This document shows, in pieces, positions 38,512 through 46,959 of a DNA stretch of 64,000 nt. Each line of letters opens with the position of its first letter. Position 1 is the first letter of the stretch. The notes beneath the pieces were generated by a model. It saw only the letters and a list, made by a program, of their open reading frames with translations, did no database searches and was not told the origin of the DNA. The position numbers and the translations under genes were made by a program. Source of the stretch: Candidatus Kuenenia stuttgartensis (GTDB lineage Bacteria; Planctomycetota; Planctomycetia; Pirellulales; UBA1268); contig CAMCQY010000002.1 of the NCBI GenBank assembly GCA_945877135.1, forward strand, positions 22,796-86,795, in the 5' to 3' direction.

Positions 38512-39666
38512 ATGACTGCGCAGAACGGACCCGCGACGACATCCCAGGCCATCCGGATCGGGGCATCACGCCGCGGGCGGAAAGCGGCCACTACGGCCTT
38601 ATTCGCCGCGACCCTGATGGGCTGCGTCGTGCCGGCAGTCGGCTGTAAGACGGGCACGTCATTTACCAAGCCTTCCTGGTGGACAATCGGTGGAGCACCG
38701 AAGGCCGATGCCGACGTGCTCGCCTCGGCGCCACCATACGGTGGTGACATCAAGAAGCCATCGGAGTCGGCCAAACAATACCCGACCACTTCCACGCCCA
38801 GCGGCTACGTGATCACCGGCACGGCCAGTCCATCTGATGCGGTCGCGCAGCAGGTTCAGGCGGCTCAGCAGCAGGCCCCGGTGGTCTATGGAACCACGCC
38901 ACCGCCGTCGTTGCCGGCAACCGCCGCGGTTGCTGCAACGCCGTCCTCGGCGATTCCCCAGCAGCCCACGCCTACGTCGATCGCACCGCAGGTGGGACCC
39001 TATGCTGCCCTCGCCGGCGACTCGATCCCGCCGCCGGGCCAGCCCCTGCCCCCCATCTCTCCGTCCACCACTCCCAGCATGCCGGGCACTCCCAGCATGG
39101 CGGGGGCGGGCATGGCGAGCATGACCGCGACGCCTGCGGAAACCGCGCTGCCAAATACTGGCTATTCGAACTTCTCGGCTCCGACAGCCAGTCCGATCGC
39201 AACCGCATCTCCCGCACCCCGGATGGCCGATGCCCGCGCCGCCGATCCGGCTGCCGCCATCCCGGCCGCCGCCCTGCCCGTTGAGCAGCCCGCCTACGGT
39301 GGTTCGCGGTATCCGACAAGCACAGGGAGCCGGTTCGGCTCGGCTGAAGCGGCATCGTTCTCGCCGGCGGCGGGAATTCCGCCGGCCTCCTCTGCCGCTC
39401 CGACGGAAGCGGGATTTCCGCCGCCGACAACGGCTGCGCCGTTCGGCGGCCCAGCGACGGTCGCTCCGCCCGCATCACCCGCATCATCGGCGGCCCCTGG
39501 TCTGCTCCAGCCGTCGGCACAGCCGGTGCGGCGGCCGGACCCTGGCTACCGACCGGGCGGCACGTCCAGCTACCGGACCAGCCGCACGATCCTCGCCGAC
39601 GACTCCGCGCCGGAGGCCGTGCGTATGGCTTCCTACGAAGAGTCGCCGGTCACCGTTCAGCGGTGA
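38512..39666 (+). CDS. Pro/Ala/Ser/Thr-rich lipoprotein (hypothetical)
   Basis: Signal peptide plus lipobox RRGRKAATTALFAATLMGC. The remainder is low-complexity PAST-rich sequence. Confidence 0.55.
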   Translation: MTAQNGPATTSQAIRIGASRRGRKAATTALFAATLMGCVVPAVGCKTGTSFTKPSWWTIGGAPKADADVLASAPPYGGDIKKPSESAKQYPTTSTPSGYVITGTASPSDAVAQQVQAAQQQAPVVYGTTPPPSLPATAAVAATPSSAIPQQPTPTSIAPQVGPYAALAGDSIPPPGQPLPPISPSTTPSMPGTPSMAGAGMASMTATPAETALPNTGYSNFSAPTASPIATASPAPRMADARAADPAAAIPAAALPVEQPAYGGSRYPTSTGSRFGSAEAASFSPAAGIPPASSAAPTEAGFPPPTTAAPFGGPATVAPPASPASSAAPGLLQPSAQPVRRPDPGYRPGGTSSYRTSRTILADDSAPEAVRMASYEESPVTVQR

Positions 39667-39765
39667 CAATGCGGGTGTGGTACAAGACCGTGCATGGAAG
39701 TTTGCATGGTCCTATCCCGCTGCCGCCGCCTCGTCGTCCTGGCTTCTCGTGTTCTGATTTCCGGG

Positions 39766-40983
39766 ATGGACCGCCGTGTGTTCGCGGTGCTGATGCTGGT
39801 CGCAGCGACGGCGGGCTGGCCTGAGGTCGGGTACGCCGCCGAAACCGACCCGGCGGTGGTATTCCAAGGGGCGATCCCGCTGCCAAACCGAGCCGACGAT
39901 GCCGAAGGCAACGCGGTCGAGATCACCGGACTGAGCGGCGTCGCCTGGCTGGGTGACGACCGATATGTCGCCGTGATGGACAACAGCGAGCACCTGCTGG
40001 TGTTTCGGCTGTCGCTCACGCAGACGGGAAAGCCGATCGCCGTCGAATCGCTTCGGGTCGTGAAACTGTCGCAGCGGCATGACTATGAGGACGTTGTGCC
40101 CTGCCCCGGGCCGGTAGCCCACGCCATGCAGCAGAAACGCGTCGACACGATCGGTGAACGCCACGACGCGAGCGAATCATGCGTGCTGGTCTGCGAGGAG
40201 GACACACCAGCCGTGCGAGCGTTTTCCCTTGCCGATGGCCGCATGCTTGGCACGGTGTCGCTGCCGAGGAATTTGCTGACGCGGCGTCCCAATCGCGGTT
40301 TGGAGTCGTTGGCGATCGAGCCGAACGGCCGCTCCGTCTGGACGGCCAACGAAGAGGCCCTCGCCAACGACGGTCCTCCGGCCACCGTGGGAGGCGGCAC
40401 CGTGGTGCGGCTGACGAGGCTGCCGCTGCCCGTTGCGGAGCAGCCATTGCCCTACGAACGCCTGCGTTCCCGTCGCGAACAGCCCGCAGCCGCAGCCTTT
40501 CAGGTGGCCTACCGTGTCGAGCCGCCACACGCCTTCCTCAGGGTGTTTGCGGGGCAGCCGCTCTCGGGGCTCGCGGCGCTGGTGGCCTTGGGCAAGGGGC
40601 GGCTTCTGACGCTTGAGCGGAGCGGTGCCCCTGGCCTGCCACCGTTTGCCAGCCGGATCTACCTTGTCAACACAGCCGGCGCTGTCGACGTCTCGGCAGT
40701 GGAACGCGACCTCGCCGGCCGCACCGAGGCCGTTGTCGAGAAGCAGCTTCTCTGGTCAGACTCGCTCGGCGTCAACCTGGAGGGCTTGTGCCTGGGGCCG
40801 GTGCTGGCCGATGGCAACCGGAGCTTGGTCGCCATCGCCGACAACGGCGGCATCGGCACACCGAACCAACTCGTCGGCTTGGCCTTGGTCTCCCCGGCGC
40901 CCGCCGTCAGGCCGGGTGTGCTGGGGGCCGTGGCTGCGCTCGTAGCAATCGCGGTGGTCGTGGGCCGGCTCACCAACCCATGA
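39766..40983 (+). CDS. Secreted phytase-like esterase-family (beta-propeller-like) protein with a C-terminal hydrophobic anchor
   Basis: Signal peptide MDRRVFAVLMLVAATAGWPEVGYA. Motifs GLSGVAW...DRYVAVMDN, NRGLESLAI, GLCLGP and AIADNGG recall the esterase-like phytase family. The C-terminus GVLGAVAALVAIAVVVGRLTNP is a TM segment followed by a basic end. Confidence 0.5.
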   Translation: MDRRVFAVLMLVAATAGWPEVGYAAETDPAVVFQGAIPLPNRADDAEGNAVEITGLSGVAWLGDDRYVAVMDNSEHLLVFRLSLTQTGKPIAVESLRVVKLSQRHDYEDVVPCPGPVAHAMQQKRVDTIGERHDASESCVLVCEEDTPAVRAFSLADGRMLGTVSLPRNLLTRRPNRGLESLAIEPNGRSVWTANEEALANDGPPATVGGGTVVRLTRLPLPVAEQPLPYERLRSRREQPAAAAFQVAYRVEPPHAFLRVFAGQPLSGLAALVALGKGRLLTLERSGAPGLPPFASRIYLVNTAGAVDVSAVERDLAGRTEAVVEKQLLWSDSLGVNLEGLCLGPVLADGNRSLVAIADNGGIGTPNQLVGLALVSPAPAVRPGVLGAVAALVAIAVVVGRLTNP

Positions 40984-41308
40984 CCATGTTCGATTCGATC
41001 ACCCGGCGGGCCCGATCGAGGTCGTCTCCGGTCTCTTGCATGTAGAGCCGAATGGCATGAAGTTTGTCGCCCTGTGCCTTGGAGAGACATTCGCGGGCGG
41101 TGTTGCAGGGGTCGATGCGGGAGTCGTTGGGCCCAGACCCAAGGCCGATGGCCGACTTCGAGATCACCCAGGTATCGCGGGGCCGGCGGGTCAGGCGGAC
41201 GATCCGTTCGCCGGGATAGGCCTCCTCAACGACGGCCGCGGCCGCCTGTTCGTCGGCCGCCCACGAGATGATGATGTGGCCGACGGTTTCGATCTCGAAG
41301 AGCGGCAT
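40970..41308 (-). CDS. Small hypothetical protein with an L7/L12-C-terminal-like segment
   Basis: 112 aa. GDKLHAIRLYMQETGDDLDRARRVIE resembles the helix-turn-helix of the ribosomal L7/L12 C-terminal domain. Its 3' end overlaps the convergent gene by 14 nt. Confidence 0.45.
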   Translation of the reverse strand: MPLFEIETVGHIIISWAADEQAAAAVVEEAYPGERIVRLTRRPRDTWVISKSAIGLGSGPNDSRIDPCNTARECLSKAQGDKLHAIRLYMQETGDDLDRARRVIESNMVMGW

Positions 41309-41495
41309 GGCTGGGCTCCCGGGGACATCCGAACGCTCCGTGAGACCTTACGCCAGGGCTGTCATACCCGTCAATTGTTCGCGGCGACGGGTTCTGGCTA
41401 CGATTGAGACAACATGAACGTTTTGCCGCTCCCGGCCGTGAGCGTAGGCTGGCCTGGGAGCCCTGCCCTGAGCAGCACCCCCGAGGCGTGAAGCG

Positions 41496-42500
41496 ATGCG
41501 GTACGACCGTCACGGTTTTCCGATCCCCACGGAGTTTGAACGGCCCGCCGCCTCCCGCGACGCGGCCGATTTCGGTCGCGTAGGCCCGCAGATGGCGACC
41601 TTGGATAGGAACGACGGTGTTCGGGATGAAGGCTTTGACGTCGGCCGTTCAGCGACTGTTCCAGCCGGTCGCCAGCGGCCGGGAGCCTGGAAACGATGGC
41701 TGCTGCTCGCCGTCATTTTCGGTGGCGTCGTGCCGGCGATCGTGGTGCCGCAGGTGCTCCCCGTTCTCCGGGAGGTGGTCGTGCAGTGGTCGCTCGAGCG
41801 GGCGGCCGAGTGTGAGGCACGCAGCGACATCGCGGGCGCGGTAGCCGATGTCAGCCGTGCGGTCCGCTGGTTTGGTGACGATGCCGATTTGCTCTGCATG
41901 CGGGCGATGCTCAGGCTCGAGGAACGCGACGCCACCGGCTGCCTTCAGGATGCCGTGCGGGCCAGCGAGATCGCCCCCACGGCCGTGCAGCCGTGGCGGG
42001 TGAGGGCGTTGGTCAATGTCGTGCTGGACGACGCCGATGCGGCCCTCGCAGCCGCCGACATGGTGGTCAACCTGTCGGCTCCCGGCGATCCCGACGCTCT
42101 CAATCACCGTGCTTACATCCGCGGACTGGTCGGACGCGATCTGCCAGCCGCCCTCGCGGATATCGATCGGGCCATCGGGGCCACGGAGGAATCGTCACCG
42201 GAAATGCTCGACACCCGGGGTTTCCTCATGCACCTGGCGGGCCGCCATGAGGAGGCCGTGGACCAGCTCAACCTCGCCATTACGGGCATGCAGCAGAATC
42301 GCCGCAAGCTGGGGCTGTTGGCGGGGCGGGTAGACCCGGTGCAGCTCGCCTGCCGCGTGCGCGGACTCGAGCACGGTATGGCCGTGATGTTGCACCATCG
42401 GGCCATGGCCTGTCGCGCGGTGGGGCTCGAGGAGCAGGCCAAGCAGGATTTCGAGATGGCTGAACGCAAGGGCTTTGACCCCGCCCGGGGCATTTTCTGA
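41496..42500 (+). CDS. Membrane-anchored TPR-repeat protein
   Basis: One TM segment (WLLLAVIFGGVVPAIVVPQVL) followed by TPR-like repeats. Confidence 0.6.
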   Translation: MRYDRHGFPIPTEFERPAASRDAADFGRVGPQMATLDRNDGVRDEGFDVGRSATVPAGRQRPGAWKRWLLLAVIFGGVVPAIVVPQVLPVLREVVVQWSLERAAECEARSDIAGAVADVSRAVRWFGDDADLLCMRAMLRLEERDATGCLQDAVRASEIAPTAVQPWRVRALVNVVLDDADAALAAADMVVNLSAPGDPDALNHRAYIRGLVGRDLPAALADIDRAIGATEESSPEMLDTRGFLMHLAGRHEEAVDQLNLAITGMQQNRRKLGLLAGRVDPVQLACRVRGLEHGMAVMLHHRAMACRAVGLEEQAKQDFEMAERKGFDPARGIF

Positions 42501-42598
42501 CGCAAAACAGCCTCTTTTGATGTGGCGGGAAAACCGATACACTGGGGGCTTACGGCGAAGGCCCGTTGTGACCGATGGAATGGCCATCAGTTACGCAC

Positions 42599-42672
42599 GG
42601 GGGTGTAGCTCAGTTGGTTAGAGCGCCAGCCTGTCACGTTGGAGGCCGCGGGTTCGAGTCCCGTCACCCTCG
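42599..42672 (+). tRNA. tRNA-Asp (anticodon GTC)
   Basis: Folded by hand as a cloverleaf: acceptor GGGGGTG/CACCCTC, D-arm GCTC-AGTTGGTTA-GAGC, anticodon arm CCAGC-CTGTCAC-GTTGG, T-arm GCGGG-TTCGAGT-CCCGT, discriminator G. CCA is not encoded. Confidence 0.95.
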
Positions 42673-42823
42673 CTGTTTTCTTGTCTGACCGGCGAAAGAG
42701 CCGCGCGATCGGGCGGCCTGCTGGTAGTCGCTGGGTTGTAGTTGCTGGGTCGTAGTCGGTTGGCAACAGCCGGTTGCCCGTCCGGGATGTCCCGGGAAAT
42801 GCTTCAGCAGGCAGCGTGCGAAT

Positions 42824-43951
42824 ATGAGCAGCGGTTCCGCAGTTCCTGCAGAGAATGCTCCCGCGGCGGCCGCCGGGGCGGCGGCTGGCAGCACGTATGC
42901 CAGCGACATGGCCACCCCGGAGCACATTGCGCAACTGACGCAGCAGCTTTCGACCCTGCTCAACGACACCGTCGAGCACATCGCCGGCCTCAATCGGGAG
43001 GCCCGCATTCTCGCGCTGAACGCCGAAATCGAATCGGCGCGGGCAGGCGACGCGGGCGTGGCGTTCGGTGTGGTCGCCAAGGCGATGTCGCAGCTCTCTG
43101 AAAAAACCGGCGACTCCGCCAAGGAACTGGCCCGCGGGTCGCGGGGATTGATCCGCGAAATGCAGCAGGTGACCGAAGTGCTGCAGACGAAGATGCGCGG
43201 CGAACGGCTCTCAGATCTCGCGCTGACGAACATCGATCTCGTGGACCGCAATCTCTACGAGCGTTCATGCGACGTGCGGTGGTGGGCCACCGATGGCAGC
43301 GTCGTCGCGGCCCTGGCAGCGCCGACCGAGGAAAACCGCCGCTTCGCCAGCCAGCGTCTGGGCGTGATCCTCAACGCCTACACGGTCTACTTCGATCTCG
43401 TGCTCTGTGATCTCACAGGCAAGGTCGTGGCCAACGGTCGGCCCTCCCAGCATGCGGTCACTGGCATGATGCAGGACCAGGCCCCCTGGTTTCAGGCCGC
43501 CATGAAAACCCGGAGTGGCGACGAGTTCGGTTTCCAGTCGGTGCATCACTCGCCACTCGTCAACCACCAGCGGTCGCTGGTCTACTCCTGCGGCGTGCGG
43601 GCCGGAGGCGAATCGCATGGGGGACTGCTCGGGGTTCTTGGCATCGTGTTCAACTGGGACGCTCTCGGCCAGACCATCCTCGACCGCATGCCGCTGACGG
43701 CCCACGAAAAGCAGCGTGCCATCGCTGGTTTTGTGGATTCGGAGGGAAAAGTCTTGGCCGACTTTCCAGCCGGCTCTTTGCGAGACACGTTTGACACCTC
43801 CCTGTTTCATGGCCTCCGTCAGGGTCAGAAGGGATATGGAGTGCATCAGTTCTGCGGCCGCGAGTATTGTGCCGGGTTCGCCATCTCGCCCGGGTTCGAG
43901 ACCTACGCCACGGGCTGGTCGTCGCTTGTGATGGTGTCGCCCGATCTGTGA
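42824..43951 (+). CDS. Soluble protein with an MCP-tip-like N-terminal domain and a Cache/PAS-like C-terminal domain
   Basis: aa ~55-100 NREARILALNAEIESARAGDAGVAFGVVAKAMSQLSEKT resembles the conserved MCP hairpin tip. No TM segment or HAMP domain. The C-terminal ~230 aa (NLYERSCDVRWWATDGS...) look like a ligand-binding alpha/beta sensor fold. Confidence 0.55.
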   Translation: MSSGSAVPAENAPAAAAGAAAGSTYASDMATPEHIAQLTQQLSTLLNDTVEHIAGLNREARILALNAEIESARAGDAGVAFGVVAKAMSQLSEKTGDSAKELARGSRGLIREMQQVTEVLQTKMRGERLSDLALTNIDLVDRNLYERSCDVRWWATDGSVVAALAAPTEENRRFASQRLGVILNAYTVYFDLVLCDLTGKVVANGRPSQHAVTGMMQDQAPWFQAAMKTRSGDEFGFQSVHHSPLVNHQRSLVYSCGVRAGGESHGGLLGVLGIVFNWDALGQTILDRMPLTAHEKQRAIAGFVDSEGKVLADFPAGSLRDTFDTSLFHGLRQGQKGYGVHQFCGREYCAGFAISPGFETYATGWSSLVMVSPDL

Positions 43952-43994
43952 TCCTCCCGGTTCGCCACGGGCGGCTGGAAGGCCCGACGGAAGG

Positions 43995-45293
43995 CTATGC
44001 CGGCGAGGCCGCGGCGTTCCGGAACTGTTCACGGGCTTCGTGAAACCGGGCGTTGGGCGTCAGTCCGGCCGGATCGGCGCTGAATTCGGGACGCAGCCGT
44101 TCCAGGAAATACATCTCGACCGCGGTGCGGTTCTTCACGGCAATGCTGCCCCGCGGCGTGCACTCAAAGAAAGGCTCCACCCACCTGTGGGTAGCTGCGG
44201 AAATATTGATCCGTCCGGCCTCGCCGCCGCTCTCCATGCGGCTGGCCGTGTTCACGGTGTCGCCCCACAGGTCGTAGGTGAACCGCTGTTCGCCGATCAC
44301 GCCGGCCACGAGCGGCCCGGTATGGAGCCCGATCCTGATCGCAAAAGTCGGCATGCCGGTTCCCCCCCACTCCCTGGCCGCTTCCGCCACGCACTCGCGG
44401 ATCGCCATCGCCAGCAGCGCGGCGTCGAGGGGGTGGGTGGCATTCGCGGTGGGAACGCCACCGGCTGCCACATAGGCGTCACCGATCGTCTTGAGCTTTT
44501 CCATCTGGCATCGTGCCGTCAGCGCGTCGAACCGTCGGAAGTATTCCTCCAGACCGTTGATCAGCTGTTTGGGCTCCATCGTCTCGGCCACCCGCGTGAA
44601 GCCGACGAAATCGGTGAACAGGACCGTGACAGCGTCGAAGTGCCGTGGCTGGCTCTGCCCTCCGCTTGAGAGTTCGTCGGCAATCTCTCGGGGAAACACG
44701 CGGTAGAGCAACTCCTGGGTCTTTTGCAGGCTCTCTCCGAGTTGCTGGCTGGCGACCTGGAGTTTGGAGTGCATCTCCTCCAGCTTCGTGTTTTGACGAA
44801 GAATGTTTTCGTAGGTTGAGAGGAGCAGGTTCAAGAGTTGCCGCCGGCTGACGTTGAGTTGCATCGTCTCGCCGGCGTACTCGAGCGGCAGTGGTTCACC
44901 GGGCGTATCCGGGGCGGACAGGTGGCGGAGCAGGTGGTCGATGCGCTCGAGCACGTGAGGCGGGTCGTAGGGCTTGGTGACGTAGGCGGCAGCCCCTTCA
45001 CGCAGTCCCATGAGAATGTCGGACGTGGCGGCCAGCGCCGTGAGCATGAGCACCGGAATGTGCCGCAGGTCAGGATCGGCCTTGAGAGTCCGACAGAGTT
45101 CATGGCCGTCCATTTCGGGCATCTCGACATCGGAGACGACGAGGGCCGGCCGGTGAAGGCGGGTCAAGGCCAGGGCCTCAGTGCCGTTCGCACCCCAATG
45201 GACCAGATAACCGGCCGCTTCCAGCGCCGTCTTGAGGATCCGCCCCTGCAGGCGGCTGTCCTCCGCGATCACGATCGTCAGTGGTGCATCCAT
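43995..45293 (-). CDS. Response-regulator receiver fused to a class III adenylate cyclase
   Basis: REC domain: IAEDS...VVSDVEMPEMDG...LTA...K. Coiled-coil linker with the transducer-like element LLYRVFPREIADEL. Cyclase domain: VLFTDFVGFT, KLKTIGDAYV and YDLWGDTVNTASRME (metal Asp residues, Lys/Asp adenine-specifying pair, Asn/Arg). Start placed at ATG 45293; TTG 45356 is possible. Confidence 0.85.
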   Translation of the reverse strand: MDAPLTIVIAEDSRLQGRILKTALEAAGYLVHWGANGTEALALTRLHRPALVVSDVEMPEMDGHELCRTLKADPDLRHIPVLMLTALAATSDILMGLREGAAAYVTKPYDPPHVLERIDHLLRHLSAPDTPGEPLPLEYAGETMQLNVSRRQLLNLLLSTYENILRQNTKLEEMHSKLQVASQQLGESLQKTQELLYRVFPREIADELSSGGQSQPRHFDAVTVLFTDFVGFTRVAETMEPKQLINGLEEYFRRFDALTARCQMEKLKTIGDAYVAAGGVPTANATHPLDAALLAMAIRECVAEAAREWGGTGMPTFAIRIGLHTGPLVAGVIGEQRFTYDLWGDTVNTASRMESGGEAGRINISAATHRWVEPFFECTPRGSIAVKNRTAVEMYFLERLRPEFSADPAGLTPNARFHEAREQFRNAAASPA

Positions 45294-45359
45294 GGTCCCA
45301 AGGATACCCGCCCTGCTCAAATGTGGGATGAGATTCTCCCACCCCACGGAGATCAACTG

Positions 45360-45815
45360 TCAGCCGTTTCCCGGTTGATGGGGCCGGAGACTCGCGTCTG
45401 TCTGGCCTGCGGCGGCCGTGTCGCGGATCACCGCTGCATACTTGGCAAAGAGCGAGATCAACCGCTCCTTGTCGAACGGTTTGACCACGAAGTCGAGAGC
45501 CCCCAGAGCGAAGCACTCCCGAAGCTTGGCCCGTTGGTCCACGGCGCTGACCATCACCACGCGTGCGCTAGGGTCTGCGGCCCGAAGTTCGCGGAGCGTC
45601 TCCACCCCGTCGAGTTCCGGCATGACGATGTCGAGCGTGACGAGATCGGGCCGGTGTTCGGCGTAGCGGTCGAGGCCTTCACGGCCGTTGGTGGCCTCGG
45701 CTACGACATCCCACCCGGCCTCGCGGGCAATCCCGGCGATCCGCATTCGCATGATGGTCGCATCATCGACGACCAGCAGCCGAGGGGCACGTGCCCCCAC
45801 CAGGTTCGCATTCAT
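45360..45815 (-). CDS. cheY: CheY-like single-domain response regulator
   Basis: LLVVDD...LVTLDIVMPELDG...VSA...KP. AAGGGAGA lies 6 nt upstream of ATG 45815. Confidence 0.88.
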   Translation of the reverse strand: MNANLVGARAPRLLVVDDATIMRMRIAGIAREAGWDVVAEATNGREGLDRYAEHRPDLVTLDIVMPELDGVETLRELRAADPSARVVMVSAVDQRAKLRECFALGALDFVVKPFDKERLISLFAKYAAVIRDTAAAGQTDASLRPHQPGNG

Positions 45816-45841
45816 CGTAGTCTCCCTTGCCATTGCGCCCA

Positions 45842-46330
45842 TTACGCCAAGATTTCCGTGCCTTGACCGGCGGTCTCGACCGTCACCACGCCGGTGACGA
45901 CGTCGACGGTCAGCCGCCGGCCATGCCGGCCGCCGCAGAGACGGCCGGTGATCGGTATGCCGAAATCCAACAGGATCTTCTCGATCGCCAGAACGTTCTG
46001 CTCGCCGATCGGCAGGCCCGACTGGAAAGCGAACATCGCCGCACCCCCCACGAGTTTTGCGGTCACCGCGAGCGTCGGCTCCCCAGCCGCCTCGCGCACG
46101 AGCCGGAGCGTCTCGGCCACGGCCGTGTCTGCATATTTCCCGGGCGGCGAACCGCGGCCATTCGACGACGGCAGCATCACGTGTGCGAGCCCGGCCGCAC
46201 GGTGGTGGCGATTGTGGAGCACCAGACCCACGCAGGACCCGACGAAGGTCCTGAGCACGCCGCCACCCTGGGCGACGCCGATATGGCCGATGGCGACGGA
46301 ATCCCCAGGACGGCCTGGAGGCGGTGGCAT
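45842..46330 (-). CDS. cheD: Chemoreceptor glutamine deamidase CheD
   Basis: GSCVGLVLHNRHHRAAGLAHVMLP...AKLVGGAAMF...GRLCGGRHGRRL. Start placed at ATG 46330. Confidence 0.85.
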   Translation of the reverse strand: MPPPPGRPGDSVAIGHIGVAQGGGVLRTFVGSCVGLVLHNRHHRAAGLAHVMLPSSNGRGSPPGKYADTAVAETLRLVREAAGEPTLAVTAKLVGGAAMFAFQSGLPIGEQNVLAIEKILLDFGIPITGRLCGGRHGRRLTVDVVTGVVTVETAGQGTEILA

Positions 46331-46341
46331 GTCAGCCGGAA

Positions 46342-46959
46342 TCACGTGCCAGCCCCCGGATCGACGGCCGATGGCATGAGTGCCGCGAGACCGGCGGCGT
46401 CGGGCAGAAAGACGAGACCACAGCTGACGGGCGTGCCGTCGATGCGGAACTCGGTCCGCGCGAGCAGCACGATGTCGGACAGGAGCGGCTGCTCCATCAG
46501 CACCGCTCCCATGACCGCCTCGGGATAGTCGCGAAGAAAGACCGGTGGAGAGGGGAGGATGCCGGCGGCTCCGGCCGGACCGAGCGCCGCGCAGATGGCG
46601 TTGAGGTAGGCACAGCCGACGATGTTGGCCGTCTCGACGACGGCCGACCGCTCGAGGTCGCCCCACGCCGTGGACGTGCCGGCCGGCCGCTCGAGCAACG
46701 TGTCGGCCAGAGACAGGCCGGCGTCGTCATCGGACGCGAGCAGGAGCAGGCCGCCGATCGCCCCGTCGATCCGCATGGCACAGCCGCAGATCAACGCGTC
46801 GCTCGATCCCATGACCGCCGCGGCTTCCTCGATCGGGAGCGTGTCCAGCCGTTGCACCGAGAGGGTGGCGGGCCGGCCGAGCCACTTGGCCAACGCGTGA
46901 GAAGCATCGTCCGCGCCATGGTGGAAGAGGGCGGCCAGTCGGCCGTTGTCGGGCGTCAT
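46342..46959 (-). CDS. cheC: CheC/CheX-family CheY-P phosphatase
   Basis: Size and pattern fit, including ERSAVVETANIVGCAYLNAI (CheC-type E..N motif). Its ATG overlaps the cheA stop (ATGA). Confidence 0.75.
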   Translation of the reverse strand: MTPDNGRLAALFHHGADDASHALAKWLGRPATLSVQRLDTLPIEEAAAVMGSSDALICGCAMRIDGAIGGLLLLASDDDAGLSLADTLLERPAGTSTAWGDLERSAVVETANIVGCAYLNAICAALGPAGAAGILPSPPVFLRDYPEAVMGAVLMEQPLLSDIVLLARTEFRIDGTPVSCGLVFLPDAAGLAALMPSAVDPGAGT

